Under the pieces are notes generated by a model, which saw nothing but the letters and a program-made list of their open reading frames with translations, searched no databases and was not told the origin of the DNA. The position numbers were made by a program, and so were the translations under genes. 64,000 nt of DNA from positions 512,001 to 576,000 of the forward strand of contig CBDCDA010000002.1 in assembly GCA_965215335.1 (NCBI GenBank). Direction: 5' to 3'. Shown in pieces: positions 12,711 to 22,018 of the stretch. Each line of letters begins with the position of its first letter. Position 1 is the stretch's first letter. The DNA comes from an uncultured Candidatus Entotheonella sp. (GTDB taxonomy: Bacteria; Tectomicrobia; Entotheonellia; Entotheonellales; Entotheonellaceae).

Positions 12711-12751
12711 CCGGCGACGGCCCCGTTGTTCTCGTAAGGAGAATTACCGCT

Positions 12752-13246
12752 ATGGCAAGGTCGCATCTTGTCGTCGAAGCCATGCAGGCGTGCGGCGTCA
12801 CGCACGTCGTTTGGCTGCCGGACAGCGAATCGCACTACATGTACGACGCCCTGAACGCCTCGCCGTTGCGTCTGGTGCCCGTTTGCCGCGAGGGCGAGGC
12901 GTTCGGCATCGCCGCCGGGCTGCACCTGGGCGGCAAGACGCCGGTGGTGCTCATCCAGAATACCGGCCTGTTCGAGTCTGGCGACGTGCTGCGCGGCAAC
13001 ATTCTCAACCTGAAGGTGCCGCTGCTGCTGATGGTGGGATACCGGGGCTACTACGAAATGGTCAACGGCCAGGGGCCGGTCGATTCCGCCGCCACCTTCA
13101 CCGAACCGATACTCGACGCTTGGGGCATCGTCCACTACCTGCTCGACACCGACGACGACGTGCCGAAGATCGCCAGCGCCTTCAAGGAAAGCCGTGCAAC
13201 GAGCCGCCCGGTGGCGATTCTCATTGGCCGAGAATACGATGCGTGA
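12752..13246 (+). CDS. ThDP-dependent decarboxylase alpha subunit (ComD/phosphonopyruvate decarboxylase-like)
   Basis: LPDS, CREGEAFGIAAG, IQNTG, GYRG. Confidence 0.8.
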   Translation: MARSHLVVEAMQACGVTHVVWLPDSESHYMYDALNASPLRLVPVCREGEAFGIAAGLHLGGKTPVVLIQNTGLFESGDVLRGNILNLKVPLLLMVGYRGYYEMVNGQGPVDSAATFTEPILDAWGIVHYLLDTDDDVPKIASAFKESRATSRPVAILIGREYDA

Positions 13247-13273
13247 CGCGCCTGCCAAGGAAGGACCGCTTCG

Positions 13274-13843
13274 ATGATACGTTCTCAAACCCTGAAACAC
13301 CTGGCCGCCCTGCGCACCGATGAAATCGTCCTCACCGCCATGATGGCGGTCCGGCAATGGGCGGCGTTTTCCGACCATCAGCTCGATTTCAGCACCATCG
13401 GCACCGGCATGGGGCACGCCTCCGACATCGGCCTCGGCCTGGCACTGGCGCAGCCCGACCGCCGGGTCATCGTCCTCAACGGCGACGGCAGCATGCTGAT
13501 GAACCTCGGCCAGCTGGTCACCATCGCGCAGCAGGCGCCGCCGAACCTTATCCTGATGGTGTTGCATAACGGCACCTACGAGGTCACCGGCGGGCAACCC
13601 ATCCCCGGACCGACCAGCCTCGACTTCGCCGGCATGGCGCGCGCCGCCGGCATCGCCAGGTCGTATGACTTCGACGAACTCGACGCCTACGTTGCCGCCC
13701 TGCCCGGCATTCTGTGCAGCCAAGGTCCCGTCTTCGTCAACCTGCGGGTGGTGGCGGACGAGACCCCGCTGCCGCCACCGTCCCGCCACCCGCTGCCGCA
13801 GCGCGCCGCGCAACTGATGCAGGCCCTGGGAACAACCCTCTAA
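13274..13843 (+). CDS. ThDP-dependent decarboxylase beta subunit (ComE-like)
   Basis: MGHAS, GDGSMLMN...LHNG ThDP-binding motif, TGGQP. Confidence 0.8.
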   Translation: MIRSQTLKHLAALRTDEIVLTAMMAVRQWAAFSDHQLDFSTIGTGMGHASDIGLGLALAQPDRRVIVLNGDGSMLMNLGQLVTIAQQAPPNLILMVLHNGTYEVTGGQPIPGPTSLDFAGMARAAGIARSYDFDELDAYVAALPGILCSQGPVFVNLRVVADETPLPPPSRHPLPQRAAQLMQALGTTL

Positions 13844-13882
13844 TGCTGGCAATCTTGGTGCCTCCCCGCCCCACGGCTCCAA

Positions 13883-16420
13883 ATGGAAATGAAGAAGATG
13901 GCCGGATCACTTGACAACGTGCGTGTCCTGGAACTCACCCGCGGCGTCGCGGGACCCTACGCCGCCAAGCTGCTGGCCGACCAGGGCGCCGACGTCGTCA
14001 AGCTGGAGCCACCGGGCGGTGACGACAGCCGGACGTTCGGCCCATTCCCCAATGACGAGCCGCACCCGGAGCGCTCCGGGCTGTTCCTGCACCTGAATCG
14101 CAACAAGAAGTCCATCGTCGTCGATCCAACCAGTCCGGATGGCGCCGAGATCATTCAACGGCTCGCCGCGCGAGCGCATATCGTGCTGGAGGATTATCCC
14201 GCCGGTTCGGCCCACGCCTGGGGCTGGGGCTGGCCAACCCTGCGAGCAGCCAATCCGGCTCTGGTGCTGACGTCCATCACCCCGTTCGGACAAAACGGGC
14301 CGTACCGTGACTACCGCGGCTCCGAACTGACCCTGCAAGCCATGGGCGGCCCTCTGATTACCAACGGCCACGAGGACCGAGAGCCGCTCAAGCTGGCCGG
14401 CCATTACGCCCACTACCACGCCGCGATGGTGGCCGCGGTCGCCACCCTGATGGCGCTGCGCCGCGCCGAGGCAAGCGGCGCGGGCGACTGGATCGATGTG
14501 TCGGTGTACGAGTGTCAAGCCGGCTGCCGCGACCGCCAGTCCACCAACCTGACCATCGCGGCGTATACGGGCATGTCCGTAGGCCGAGGCCCATCCGGCT
14601 GGCGCATGGGCGCCGGCGTGCGCCCTTGCCGCGACGGCTACGTGAACATCATGGGCGCCGCCAATCGACTGCCGCGCCTGTTGCGGCTCATCGGGCGCGA
14701 AGATCTCCTCGACCACCCGCAAACCGGCGCGCCCATGGGCACCGAGCCGCAGTCGCTCATCGACGCCGTCGAAAGCGCCTATGCCACCTGGCTGGCGCCG
14801 CTGGGCAAACAAGAGGCGGTCGCCGCGGCGCAGGCTGCGGGACTGCTGGCAGGACCCGTGAACACGGTGGCGGACCTGCTGCAAAACCCCCATTTCCAAG
14901 CGCGCGGCGTCTGGGACACTGTCGATCATCCCGCAACCGGACCGCTGCAATATCCCGGCCGGCCGTTCGTCCTCACCCGTTCGTCGCACCGCCAGCAACA
15001 GCGCGCCCCGCTGCTCGACGAACACGCTGGCGAGCGCGACACGGCCTGGTCCAAGCCAATCCCCGACCCGCCGGCAAAACCCCAGGACGCGCCGCTCGCT
15101 TTACCGCTCGAAGGGCTGCGGGTAGCGGAAATCACCGTCGTGTGGGCCGGACCGCACGTCACCCAGCTCCTGGGCGAATGGGGCGCCGACATCGTGCGTA
15201 TCGAGCCGCTGAACAAGCCGCAACCCTACACGCGCGGCATGGAGAGTGTGCCGACCCGCGAACAGACGCGCCGGCTCATCGCCCACGGCGTGCCCTCGCG
15301 CCTGGCCGACAGCGATCCGCAGCGCGACCCCTGGAACCGCAACGCCTCTTTCAACTCGCACGCCCGCAACAAACGCTCCGTAACCTGCGACATCATGACC
15401 CCCGAAGGGCACGAAACCCTGCTTCGCCTCGTCAAGCACTGCGACGTACTGGTGGAGAACAACGCGCCACAGACCATGGACAAGGCCGGCATTGACTGGG
15501 AAACCCTGCACTGCGTCAACCCCCGCCTCATCATGCTGCGCATGCCGGCGTTCGCGCTCAACGGTCCGTACCGAAATTACCGCGCCTTCGGCCTGCACGT
15601 GGAGGCCATGATCGGCCACACCCATCTACGCGGCTATCCCGGCCAAAGCCCTGAACTGCTGAGCGAATCGCTGGCCAGCGACGGCCTTGCTGGCGTGCAG
15701 GGCGCCCTCACGATACTGATGGCGCTGCGCCATCGCGACCGCACCGGCAAGGGTCAACTCATCGAAATGCCCCTGCCGGAGGGTTTCCTGCCGACCCTCG
15801 GCGAATTCATCATGGACTACACCATGAACGGCCGCGACACGCCGTCGCAGGGCAATCGACATCGCTGGCACGCCCCGCACAACGTATATCCGTGCCGAGG
15901 CGACGACAACTGGATCGCCGTCGACGTGGGCACGGATGGTGAATTCGCCGCCCTGTGCGGGGTTCTGAAGGCGCCACACCTGATCGACGAGCCGCGCTTT
16001 CGCACCGCTGCGGCGCGGTTGCAGAACGTCGAAGCGCTTGACAAGGCCCTGGCCACACTGACCCCGGCGCACGACAAGGAGGACCTCTTTCACGCCCTGC
16101 AAGCCGCCGGCGTGTGCGCCGCACCGGTACGGCGCGCCCTCGAAGTTCTGCACGACCCCCAACTCGTGGCGCGCGGCTTTTTCGAGGAATTGCCGACCGG
16201 CGATGAGCAGCGCCCGTATCTCTACCCCGGCCTGATCTTCCGCATGGCGCACACGCCGAACGCCATGCGCACCGGCCCCGTCCGGCTGGGCGAGCACAAC
16301 CGGGAAATCTACTGCGACCTGCTCGGCTATTCGCCCGCCGAACTCGCCGCCCTGGAGCAACAAGGCCACGTCGGCACCGCCCACCCGCCGCACGTCTGGC
16401 GCCCCGAGCCGGACGCATGA
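13883..16420 (+). CDS. Tandem two-domain family III CoA-transferase (CaiB/BaiF)
   Basis: Two repeats of the domain (AGP..GAD.V..EP; NRNKKS / ARNKRS); the start may be ATG 13898. Confidence 0.92.
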   Translation: MEMKKMAGSLDNVRVLELTRGVAGPYAAKLLADQGADVVKLEPPGGDDSRTFGPFPNDEPHPERSGLFLHLNRNKKSIVVDPTSPDGAEIIQRLAARAHIVLEDYPAGSAHAWGWGWPTLRAANPALVLTSITPFGQNGPYRDYRGSELTLQAMGGPLITNGHEDREPLKLAGHYAHYHAAMVAAVATLMALRRAEASGAGDWIDVSVYECQAGCRDRQSTNLTIAAYTGMSVGRGPSGWRMGAGVRPCRDGYVNIMGAANRLPRLLRLIGREDLLDHPQTGAPMGTEPQSLIDAVESAYATWLAPLGKQEAVAAAQAAGLLAGPVNTVADLLQNPHFQARGVWDTVDHPATGPLQYPGRPFVLTRSSHRQQQRAPLLDEHAGERDTAWSKPIPDPPAKPQDAPLALPLEGLRVAEITVVWAGPHVTQLLGEWGADIVRIEPLNKPQPYTRGMESVPTREQTRRLIAHGVPSRLADSDPQRDPWNRNASFNSHARNKRSVTCDIMTPEGHETLLRLVKHCDVLVENNAPQTMDKAGIDWETLHCVNPRLIMLRMPAFALNGPYRNYRAFGLHVEAMIGHTHLRGYPGQSPELLSESLASDGLAGVQGALTILMALRHRDRTGKGQLIEMPLPEGFLPTLGEFIMDYTMNGRDTPSQGNRHRWHAPHNVYPCRGDDNWIAVDVGTDGEFAALCGVLKAPHLIDEPRFRTAAARLQNVEALDKALATLTPAHDKEDLFHALQAAGVCAAPVRRALEVLHDPQLVARGFFEELPTGDEQRPYLYPGLIFRMAHTPNAMRTGPVRLGEHNREIYCDLLGYSPAELAALEQQGHVGTAHPPHVWRPEPDA

Positions 16421-16426
16421 GGTAGC

Positions 16427-17416
16427 ATGGACCCACTCTCCCAAGGCGTCCTGGGGGTTGCCGCCGCGCAGGCCGCAAGCCGCGAACCCCAGGCGCGCCG
16501 CGCCGCCTTCATCGGCCTGGTGGCCGGATTGGCGCCGGACGCCGACGTGTTCATCACCTCCGCCACCGACCCGCTGCTGTCGCTGCAATTCCATCGCCAG
16601 TTCACCCACGCGCTGGCGTTCATTCCGATCGGCGCCCTGCTCGCAGCCCTGGTCCTGCACCCCCTTGTGGGCCGCAACGCCTTGCGCTTCAGGACCACTT
16701 ACCTGTTCTGCCTCGTCGGCTACGCCACGCACGGCCTGCTGGACGCCTGCACCTCCTACGGCACGCAGCTCCTGTGGCCATTCTCGGACCTGCGCGTTGC
16801 CTGGAACAATATCTCGATTATCGATCCCCTGTTCACCCTTCCGATCCTCCTGCTGATGATGCTCGGCGTCTGGCGCAGGTCTCCCGTGCTGGCTCGCTGC
16901 GCGCTCCTCTGGGCCGTGGCTTATTTGTCCCTCGGCATCGTACAGCGAGACCGCGCCGCCGCCATCGGCCATGACGTGGCCGCCACACGGGGGCACGTCG
17001 CCGAACGACTTTCGGCCAAGCCGACCTTCGCCAACCTGCTGGTGTGGAAGATCATCTACGAATCGGAAGGCATGTTCTATGTCGATGCCGTGCGAGTGGG
17101 TCTCGACAGCCGCCATTACCCCGGCACCGCCATTGCCAAGCTGGACACCACCCGCGACCTGCCCTGGCTGCAGCCCGACAGCCAACAGGCACGCGACGTC
17201 GAGCGCTTTCGCTGGTTCTCCGGCGACTACCTGGCCCTGGCCGGCGACAACACGATCACCGATATCCGCTACTCTCTGGTGCCCAACGAAATCGACGGTT
17301 TGTGGGGCATCACCCTCAGCCCTCGTGCCGCGCCACACGAACACGTGCGCTACGCCAGCCGCACCCTCACCGCCGCCAGATGGCAGGCATTTCGTGACAT
17401 GCTGCTGGGCGATTGA
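16427..17416 (+). CDS. Membrane metal-dependent hydrolase (YdjM/DUF457-like)
   Basis: MDPLSQ, PDAD, HRQFTHA, HGLLDACTSYGTQLLWPF. Confidence 0.85.
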   Translation: MDPLSQGVLGVAAAQAASREPQARRAAFIGLVAGLAPDADVFITSATDPLLSLQFHRQFTHALAFIPIGALLAALVLHPLVGRNALRFRTTYLFCLVGYATHGLLDACTSYGTQLLWPFSDLRVAWNNISIIDPLFTLPILLLMMLGVWRRSPVLARCALLWAVAYLSLGIVQRDRAAAIGHDVAATRGHVAERLSAKPTFANLLVWKIIYESEGMFYVDAVRVGLDSRHYPGTAIAKLDTTRDLPWLQPDSQQARDVERFRWFSGDYLALAGDNTITDIRYSLVPNEIDGLWGITLSPRAAPHEHVRYASRTLTAARWQAFRDMLLGD

Positions 17417-17438
17417 ATGGTCGGCCCATGATGCGGCA

Positions 17439-17649
17439 AGGTGACGGGGAAAGGCGTCACCTATGACTGGGTCCGCACAGAAGCTGTAACTGAAAGGGAG
17501 AGATGGAGCAAGTAGCCACTCGGAAAGAGTGCGTAGACCTTCTCGACATGATCGAGAAGGCACGACAGGCGGCCCAGGACGAACGAAGAGCCAGGGGTGA
17601 ACGAGTCAACCCGAAAGAGACTTGGCGGCTCTTCCAGAGCCGTCTTTTT
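17439..17649 (+). ncRNA. Candidate structured RNA or leader of unknown class
   Basis: At least five nested or serial helices with purine-rich loops, ending in a terminator. Confidence 0.45.
17624..17649 (+). terminator. Intrinsic terminator
   Basis: GGCGGCTC-TTCCA-GAGCCGTC followed by TTTTT. Confidence 0.65.
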
Positions 17650-17699
17650 GCAGCCCCACTGCTTGACCGCACGAAACCCGCTCAGGAGGCATCCCCATT

Positions 17700-18569
17700 A
17701 TGCAACAGCGTCAGCTCGGCGATATCCGCATCACTCGTATCGTGGAATCCATCGGCACCGATTTCCAACCCCTGACGTTTTTCCCGGAAACCGGACCCGA
17801 GGACTGGGAACCGCACCGCACCTGGATGCCGCCGCGGGCCATGGATACGGCCTCCGGCAATCTGGTGCTGGTGTTCCAGGCATTCCTGCTCCAGACCTCG
17901 CACCACACCATCATCGTGGACACCTGCGTGGGCGACGACAAGCCGCGCGAGGCGCGCCCGGGCTGGCACCTGCAGCAGCTCGGAACCTTCCTGCCGCTGC
18001 TCGCCAAGGCCGGGGTGACGCCCGAGGACGTCGATTACGTGCTGTGCACCCACATGCACTCGGATCATGTCGGCTGGAACACGCAGCTACGAGACGGCCG
18101 CTGGGTGCCCACCTTCCCCAAGGCGCAGTACGTCTTTGCGCGCGGCGAACTGGAGGGCTGGGAAAAGCTGCACCGCGAAACCCCGCAGCCGCATCTGATC
18201 GACAGCGTGTACCCGATTCTGGAGGCGGGACAGGCGAAGCTGGTCGAACCCGACTTCGCGCTGGACGATGAGGTGTGGTTGGAATCGACGCCCGGCCACA
18301 CGCCGGATCACGTGAGCGTGCGGCTGGCGTCGCAAGGAGCGCCGGCAATCATTACCGGCGATCTCATCCATAACCCGGTTCAATGCCTCGAACCGGCGTG
18401 GATCATGCGCGCCGATTTCGAGCCGGAACGTGCCAAGGCGACGCGGCAGACGTTTCTGGACGCGCACTGCGAGGCCGACGTGCTGGTCTGCGCCACGCAC
18501 TTTCCGGAGCCGTCGTTCGGGCGCATCGTGCGGCGCGACAACGCCTTCTGGTTTGCGTACGAGGAATAA
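17700..18569 (+). CDS. MBL-fold metallo-hydrolase
   Basis: THMHSDHVGWN, TPGHTPDH, ITGDLIH. Confidence 0.92.
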   Translation: MQQRQLGDIRITRIVESIGTDFQPLTFFPETGPEDWEPHRTWMPPRAMDTASGNLVLVFQAFLLQTSHHTIIVDTCVGDDKPREARPGWHLQQLGTFLPLLAKAGVTPEDVDYVLCTHMHSDHVGWNTQLRDGRWVPTFPKAQYVFARGELEGWEKLHRETPQPHLIDSVYPILEAGQAKLVEPDFALDDEVWLESTPGHTPDHVSVRLASQGAPAIITGDLIHNPVQCLEPAWIMRADFEPERAKATRQTFLDAHCEADVLVCATHFPEPSFGRIVRRDNAFWFAYEE

Positions 18570-18581
18570 AGGGCCAGCGGC

Positions 18582-19736
18582 CTAGCCCGGCGGCAGCCCC
18601 AACCCCCGCGTCGCCATGATGTTGCGCAGGATGGTAGAAGTGCCGCCCTGGATCGTGTAGGCGGGGGCATAGAGGTAGGCGCGCGCAACGCGGCCGTCCA
18701 GCGGCGCGCAGGGCGAGCCGGGGAGCAGTTGGCCATAGCCACCCATGAGCTCGCTGGCAGCCTGCGCCAGGCGTTGCTCGAATTCGGTGCAATACGCCTT
18801 GGCGGCTGCCGATTCGGCGTTCGGGATGACGCCTTGGGTGAGCAACCAGGCCATCCGGTAGATCATCAGCTTGCCCATGGTGAATTCGATGTGAAGCTGC
18901 GCCAGGCGGTGCCGCACCACCTGGCTGCGGTCCTTGCCGGTGTCGCGGACGTGACGCCGCACGGCGTCCATGAGCGCGTAGTTGCTCATCAGCCGCTCGA
19001 TGCCGCTGCGCTCGTAGTCGAGTTGCGAGGCGATCTGATACCAGCCGCGGTCCTTCTCCCCCACCAGCGTCTCCTGCGGGATGCGCACCTCATCGAAAAA
19101 CACCTCGTTGAAGTGATGGGCGCCGGTCATGTCCACGATGGGCTTGATGGTGATGCCCGGCGTTTTCATGTCCACCAGAAACTCGCTGATACCCCTGTGT
19201 TTGGGTCCGTCCGGCGTGGTGCGGGCCACCAGATAGCAGTAATCCGCCTGGTGCGCGAAGCTCGTCCAGATCTTCTGGCCGTGAAGCACGAATTCGTCCC
19301 CATCCTGTACGGCGCGGGTCTGCAAACCCGCCAGGTCCGAACCCGCCCCCGGTTCGCTCATGCCAATGCAAAACACCAGATCGCCGGAGACGATGCCTGG
19401 CAGAAAAGCGGCTTTCTGCGCCTCGGAGCCGTAACGCAGGATGGACGGCCCCATCTGCCGGTCCCCCAGCCAGTGCGCCGCCACCGGCGCCCCGTGGCGC
19501 AGCAGTTCCTCGGTGAGAATGAGGCGGTCAAGGTAGCTGCGACCCTGCCCGCCGTACGCCCTCGGCCACGTCAGGCCGATCCAGCCGCGGGCCGCCAGTT
19601 TCTTGGAGAATGCCCGGTCGAATCCGAGAATCCAGGCGTCTTCGGCCACCGCCTCCGAGGACGGCAACGCCTCCTGCAAAAAGTCGCGTATCGCCTTCCG
19701 AAAGGCTTCTTGTTCGGACGTAAAACGGAAGTCCAT
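18582..19736 (-). CDS. Acyl-CoA dehydrogenase family protein
   Basis: MSEPGAGSDLA, GQKIWTS, FNEVFFD, TIQGGTSTILRN. Confidence 0.93.
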   Translation of the reverse strand: MDFRFTSEQEAFRKAIRDFLQEALPSSEAVAEDAWILGFDRAFSKKLAARGWIGLTWPRAYGGQGRSYLDRLILTEELLRHGAPVAAHWLGDRQMGPSILRYGSEAQKAAFLPGIVSGDLVFCIGMSEPGAGSDLAGLQTRAVQDGDEFVLHGQKIWTSFAHQADYCYLVARTTPDGPKHRGISEFLVDMKTPGITIKPIVDMTGAHHFNEVFFDEVRIPQETLVGEKDRGWYQIASQLDYERSGIERLMSNYALMDAVRRHVRDTGKDRSQVVRHRLAQLHIEFTMGKLMIYRMAWLLTQGVIPNAESAAAKAYCTEFEQRLAQAASELMGGYGQLLPGSPCAPLDGRVARAYLYAPAYTIQGGTSTILRNIMATRGLGLPPG

Positions 19737-19754
19737 GACGCTCCATCAGGCCGC

Positions 19755-20552
19755 TCAAAGCCGGCGCTCGAACGTGATGCGTGTACCGACCGGTGCCTCG
19801 ACGCACGCCGCCGCATTGCCCTGCGTCAGGGCGATCTCCAGGGTATCGTTGCTGCTGACGAGCGCCACGAGACGACCTTCTGGCTGCGTGCCGTAGGTCG
19901 TGCAAAATGGCACCGTCCAGCGGCGCTCGTCGATTGTAAAGGTGAGATTCTGGCCAACCTGCGGCCCCGGCAGCAGTTCGGGGGTCACGTTGGTGACGAT
20001 GTTGCCGTAATGGTCGATGTGCACGATTTCACCCACTGCGGCCTGCCCAGCGGCACATGGTGGGCTGACGGGGAACGTGATCAGCGTTTCCACCCGCGGC
20101 CCGAAGTCAGCCGCCGGCACCCCACTGGCAAGATGCGCCGCCGCCGGACCAAAGACATCCCGCCCGTGAAAGGTCGACGAAACCCGCCGCAGAAAAAAAG
20201 CGGTCTCCGTCAGTTCGTACGCCTCGCGCAGCCCCTGAGCCGCCAGCACGTGGGTGAACACGCCGTTATCCGGCCCGACGAACCACCTGCCGGACTGCGT
20301 GGCGCACAGCACCGGACGGCGCGGCGTGCCGACGCCGGGATCGACCACCGTCACCACGATGCTGTCGGCCGGCAGATAGCGGCTGGCCGCCTCCAGCAAA
20401 TAGGCCGCCTGGCGCACGTCGAACGCTGCCGCCTCGTGATTCAGATCAATTATCGTCAGGGACGCATTGATGCTCAGAATGACGCCCTTCATCTGCGCCA
20501 CGTAGGCATCCCGCACCCCGAAGTCGGTGAACAAGGCAATGATCCGTTTCAC
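19755..20552 (-). CDS. SAM hydroxide adenosyltransferase (DUF62, SAM-dependent halogenase superfamily)
   Basis: TDFG, VVDPGVGTPR, GPDNG, STFHGRD, IDHYGN. Confidence 0.9.
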   Translation of the reverse strand: MKRIIALFTDFGVRDAYVAQMKGVILSINASLTIIDLNHEAAAFDVRQAAYLLEAASRYLPADSIVVTVVDPGVGTPRRPVLCATQSGRWFVGPDNGVFTHVLAAQGLREAYELTETAFFLRRVSSTFHGRDVFGPAAAHLASGVPAADFGPRVETLITFPVSPPCAAGQAAVGEIVHIDHYGNIVTNVTPELLPGPQVGQNLTFTIDERRWTVPFCTTYGTQPEGRLVALVSSNDTLEIALTQGNAAACVEAPVGTRITFERRL

Positions 20553-20967
20553 CCTGTCGCTCCGCGGCTCGGCAGGATTGTGTTCGCTCGGCGTTCATGC
20601 GCGCCGCCGATTGGTAGCATGGCGCCCCGTCAAGCCCGACAAGGTCGTTTCAGAGGCACCCGTCATGCAGTCTGTCTGGTGGGATGGTTGGCGCTGGGTG
20701 TGCGGCTCGGCGAAGCGCAGGACCTCCTTCGCGCTGCCCTTGCTCGTCCTGCTCCTCCTCGTGGCGATCATTGAACTGCTGCGCAGCCGGCAGGGCTACG
20801 AATTGTTCATGTGCCCCTGCCCCACGCCGGTGGCAGTCGTCGGCATCCAGTGCGGCGAGGGCATCCCGCACACCAACCCGCCCGACACCTGCCAGATTGC
20901 GGACCATCGACCGGCTCTACGTCATCGCCGCCGAACGCCCGTCGTTCGCGCCCGTGCGACAGGGCGC

Positions 20968-21375
20968 TCAACTTGCCCCGTAGTAACGCACCTCGATACG
21001 CCGGGCCTCGGGGTCCGAGAAGTAGATCGAGGTGCCGTTGCCGTGCGCTCCCCAGCGAGTGACCGGCCCTTCCTCGATCGCCACACCGTGCACCGCCAGG
21101 TGCGCCATCAAGCGCGGCATGTCGTCTTCGCTCAGCACCAGGCAGAAGTGGTCGAGATCGCTGCGCTCCGGCGTTGCGTCGGCGCTTTCGGCAACGGGAA
21201 ACAAGTCGATGACCGTATCCGCACTGACCCGCACGGACGGGAATGGTGCCCGCCCACGCCGGAATTCCACCAGCCGTTCGGCCGGTAGCCCCAGCACGTT
21301 CTGGTAGAAATCCAGCACACTGTCCATGGCGCGCACGTTCAGAACGATGTGATCCATGGCCGTCATGCGGAACAT
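20968..21375 (-). CDS. VOC/glyoxalase family protein
   Basis: DHIVLNV, FYQNVLG, DHFCL, YFSDPEARRIE. Confidence 0.88.
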   Translation of the reverse strand: MFRMTAMDHIVLNVRAMDSVLDFYQNVLGLPAERLVEFRRGRAPFPSVRVSADTVIDLFPVAESADATPERSDLDHFCLVLSEDDMPRLMAHLAVHGVAIEEGPVTRWGAHGNGTSIYFSDPEARRIEVRYYGAS

Positions 21376-21378
21376 GTT

Positions 21379-21627
21379 TCATTCTCCATGGCAACGGAAA
21401 CGGGTCTGCTCATCCAGCTCGTCATCGCTGGGTGCCAACGAGCGCAGGTCCTTTTCCGAGGCCGGCTCGCCCGGCAGGCGGTAGTCGCCGGCGGCCCAGA
21501 CGCCCAGGTCGATCAGGCGGCAGCGTTCGGAGCAAAAGGGGAAGGTCGCCGTTCCGGGCCACGTCACCTCGTGCTCGCAGTGCGGACACTGCCGGCGTAG
21601 CTGTCGCTTGCCGCGGTCCTCATTCAT
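21379..21627 (-). CDS. yacG: DNA gyrase inhibitor YacG
   Basis: CPHC...FPFCSERCRLIDLGVW. Confidence 0.92.
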   Translation of the reverse strand: MNEDRGKRQLRRQCPHCEHEVTWPGTATFPFCSERCRLIDLGVWAAGDYRLPGEPASEKDLRSLAPSDDELDEQTRFRCHGE

Positions 21628-21665
21628 CGGGTCGCCTCGTAAGCGCAGGCACTGACAGGATGGCC

Positions 21666-21899
21666 CTACGCATCAAGCTGATCCTCAGCCAGCACGGGGG
21701 TGTGCCGACACGCTTCCAGCTGGGTGCAGGTATATTGCAGGGTTTCTTCGGCGTGTTCCAGGATATGGTCAGCATACTCGCTGTTGCCGTGATGGGCGGC
21801 GAAATCAGCAGCCGCATACTGCGCCTCAGCGGCACAACTGGCATCAATGATGAAGGTTTCCCGATGTTCGACAGATACTCGGAATCGCACGAAAATCAC
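21666..21899 (-). CDS. Small hypothetical protein
   Basis: Fills the gap between cinA and yacG on the same strand; GTG start after GGGAAGAG; protein-like composition. Confidence 0.5.
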   Translation of the reverse strand: MIFVRFRVSVEHRETFIIDASCAAEAQYAAADFAAHHGNSEYADHILEHAEETLQYTCTQLEACRHTPVLAEDQLDA

Positions 21900-22018
21900 C
21901 TCTTCCCGGCGCCCTGCTCGACGCGGACAAGTTGGATTCATCGGCCCTCTGACGGCCCACGTCAGCCTAGCACAGCCCTCGAACCCTGTCTACGCGCCCG
22001 CTGGCTATAGCCCATGCC

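Noticed and set aside
17503..17775. 90-aa ORF with a plausible RBS
   Set aside because: It overlaps the MBL gene out of frame and crosses a terminator; RNA structure explains the region better, though the ORF is not fully excluded
19755..20552. Possible fluorinase or chlorinase
   Set aside because: It retains the Asp-Arg-His features (DPGVG..R, TFHGRD) typical of DUF62 SAM hydroxide adenosyltransferases
20665..20960. Short plus-strand reading with one hydrophobic segment and several Cys
   Set aside because: No stop until 21288, deep inside the antisense VOC gene, and no confident family; possibly a remnant
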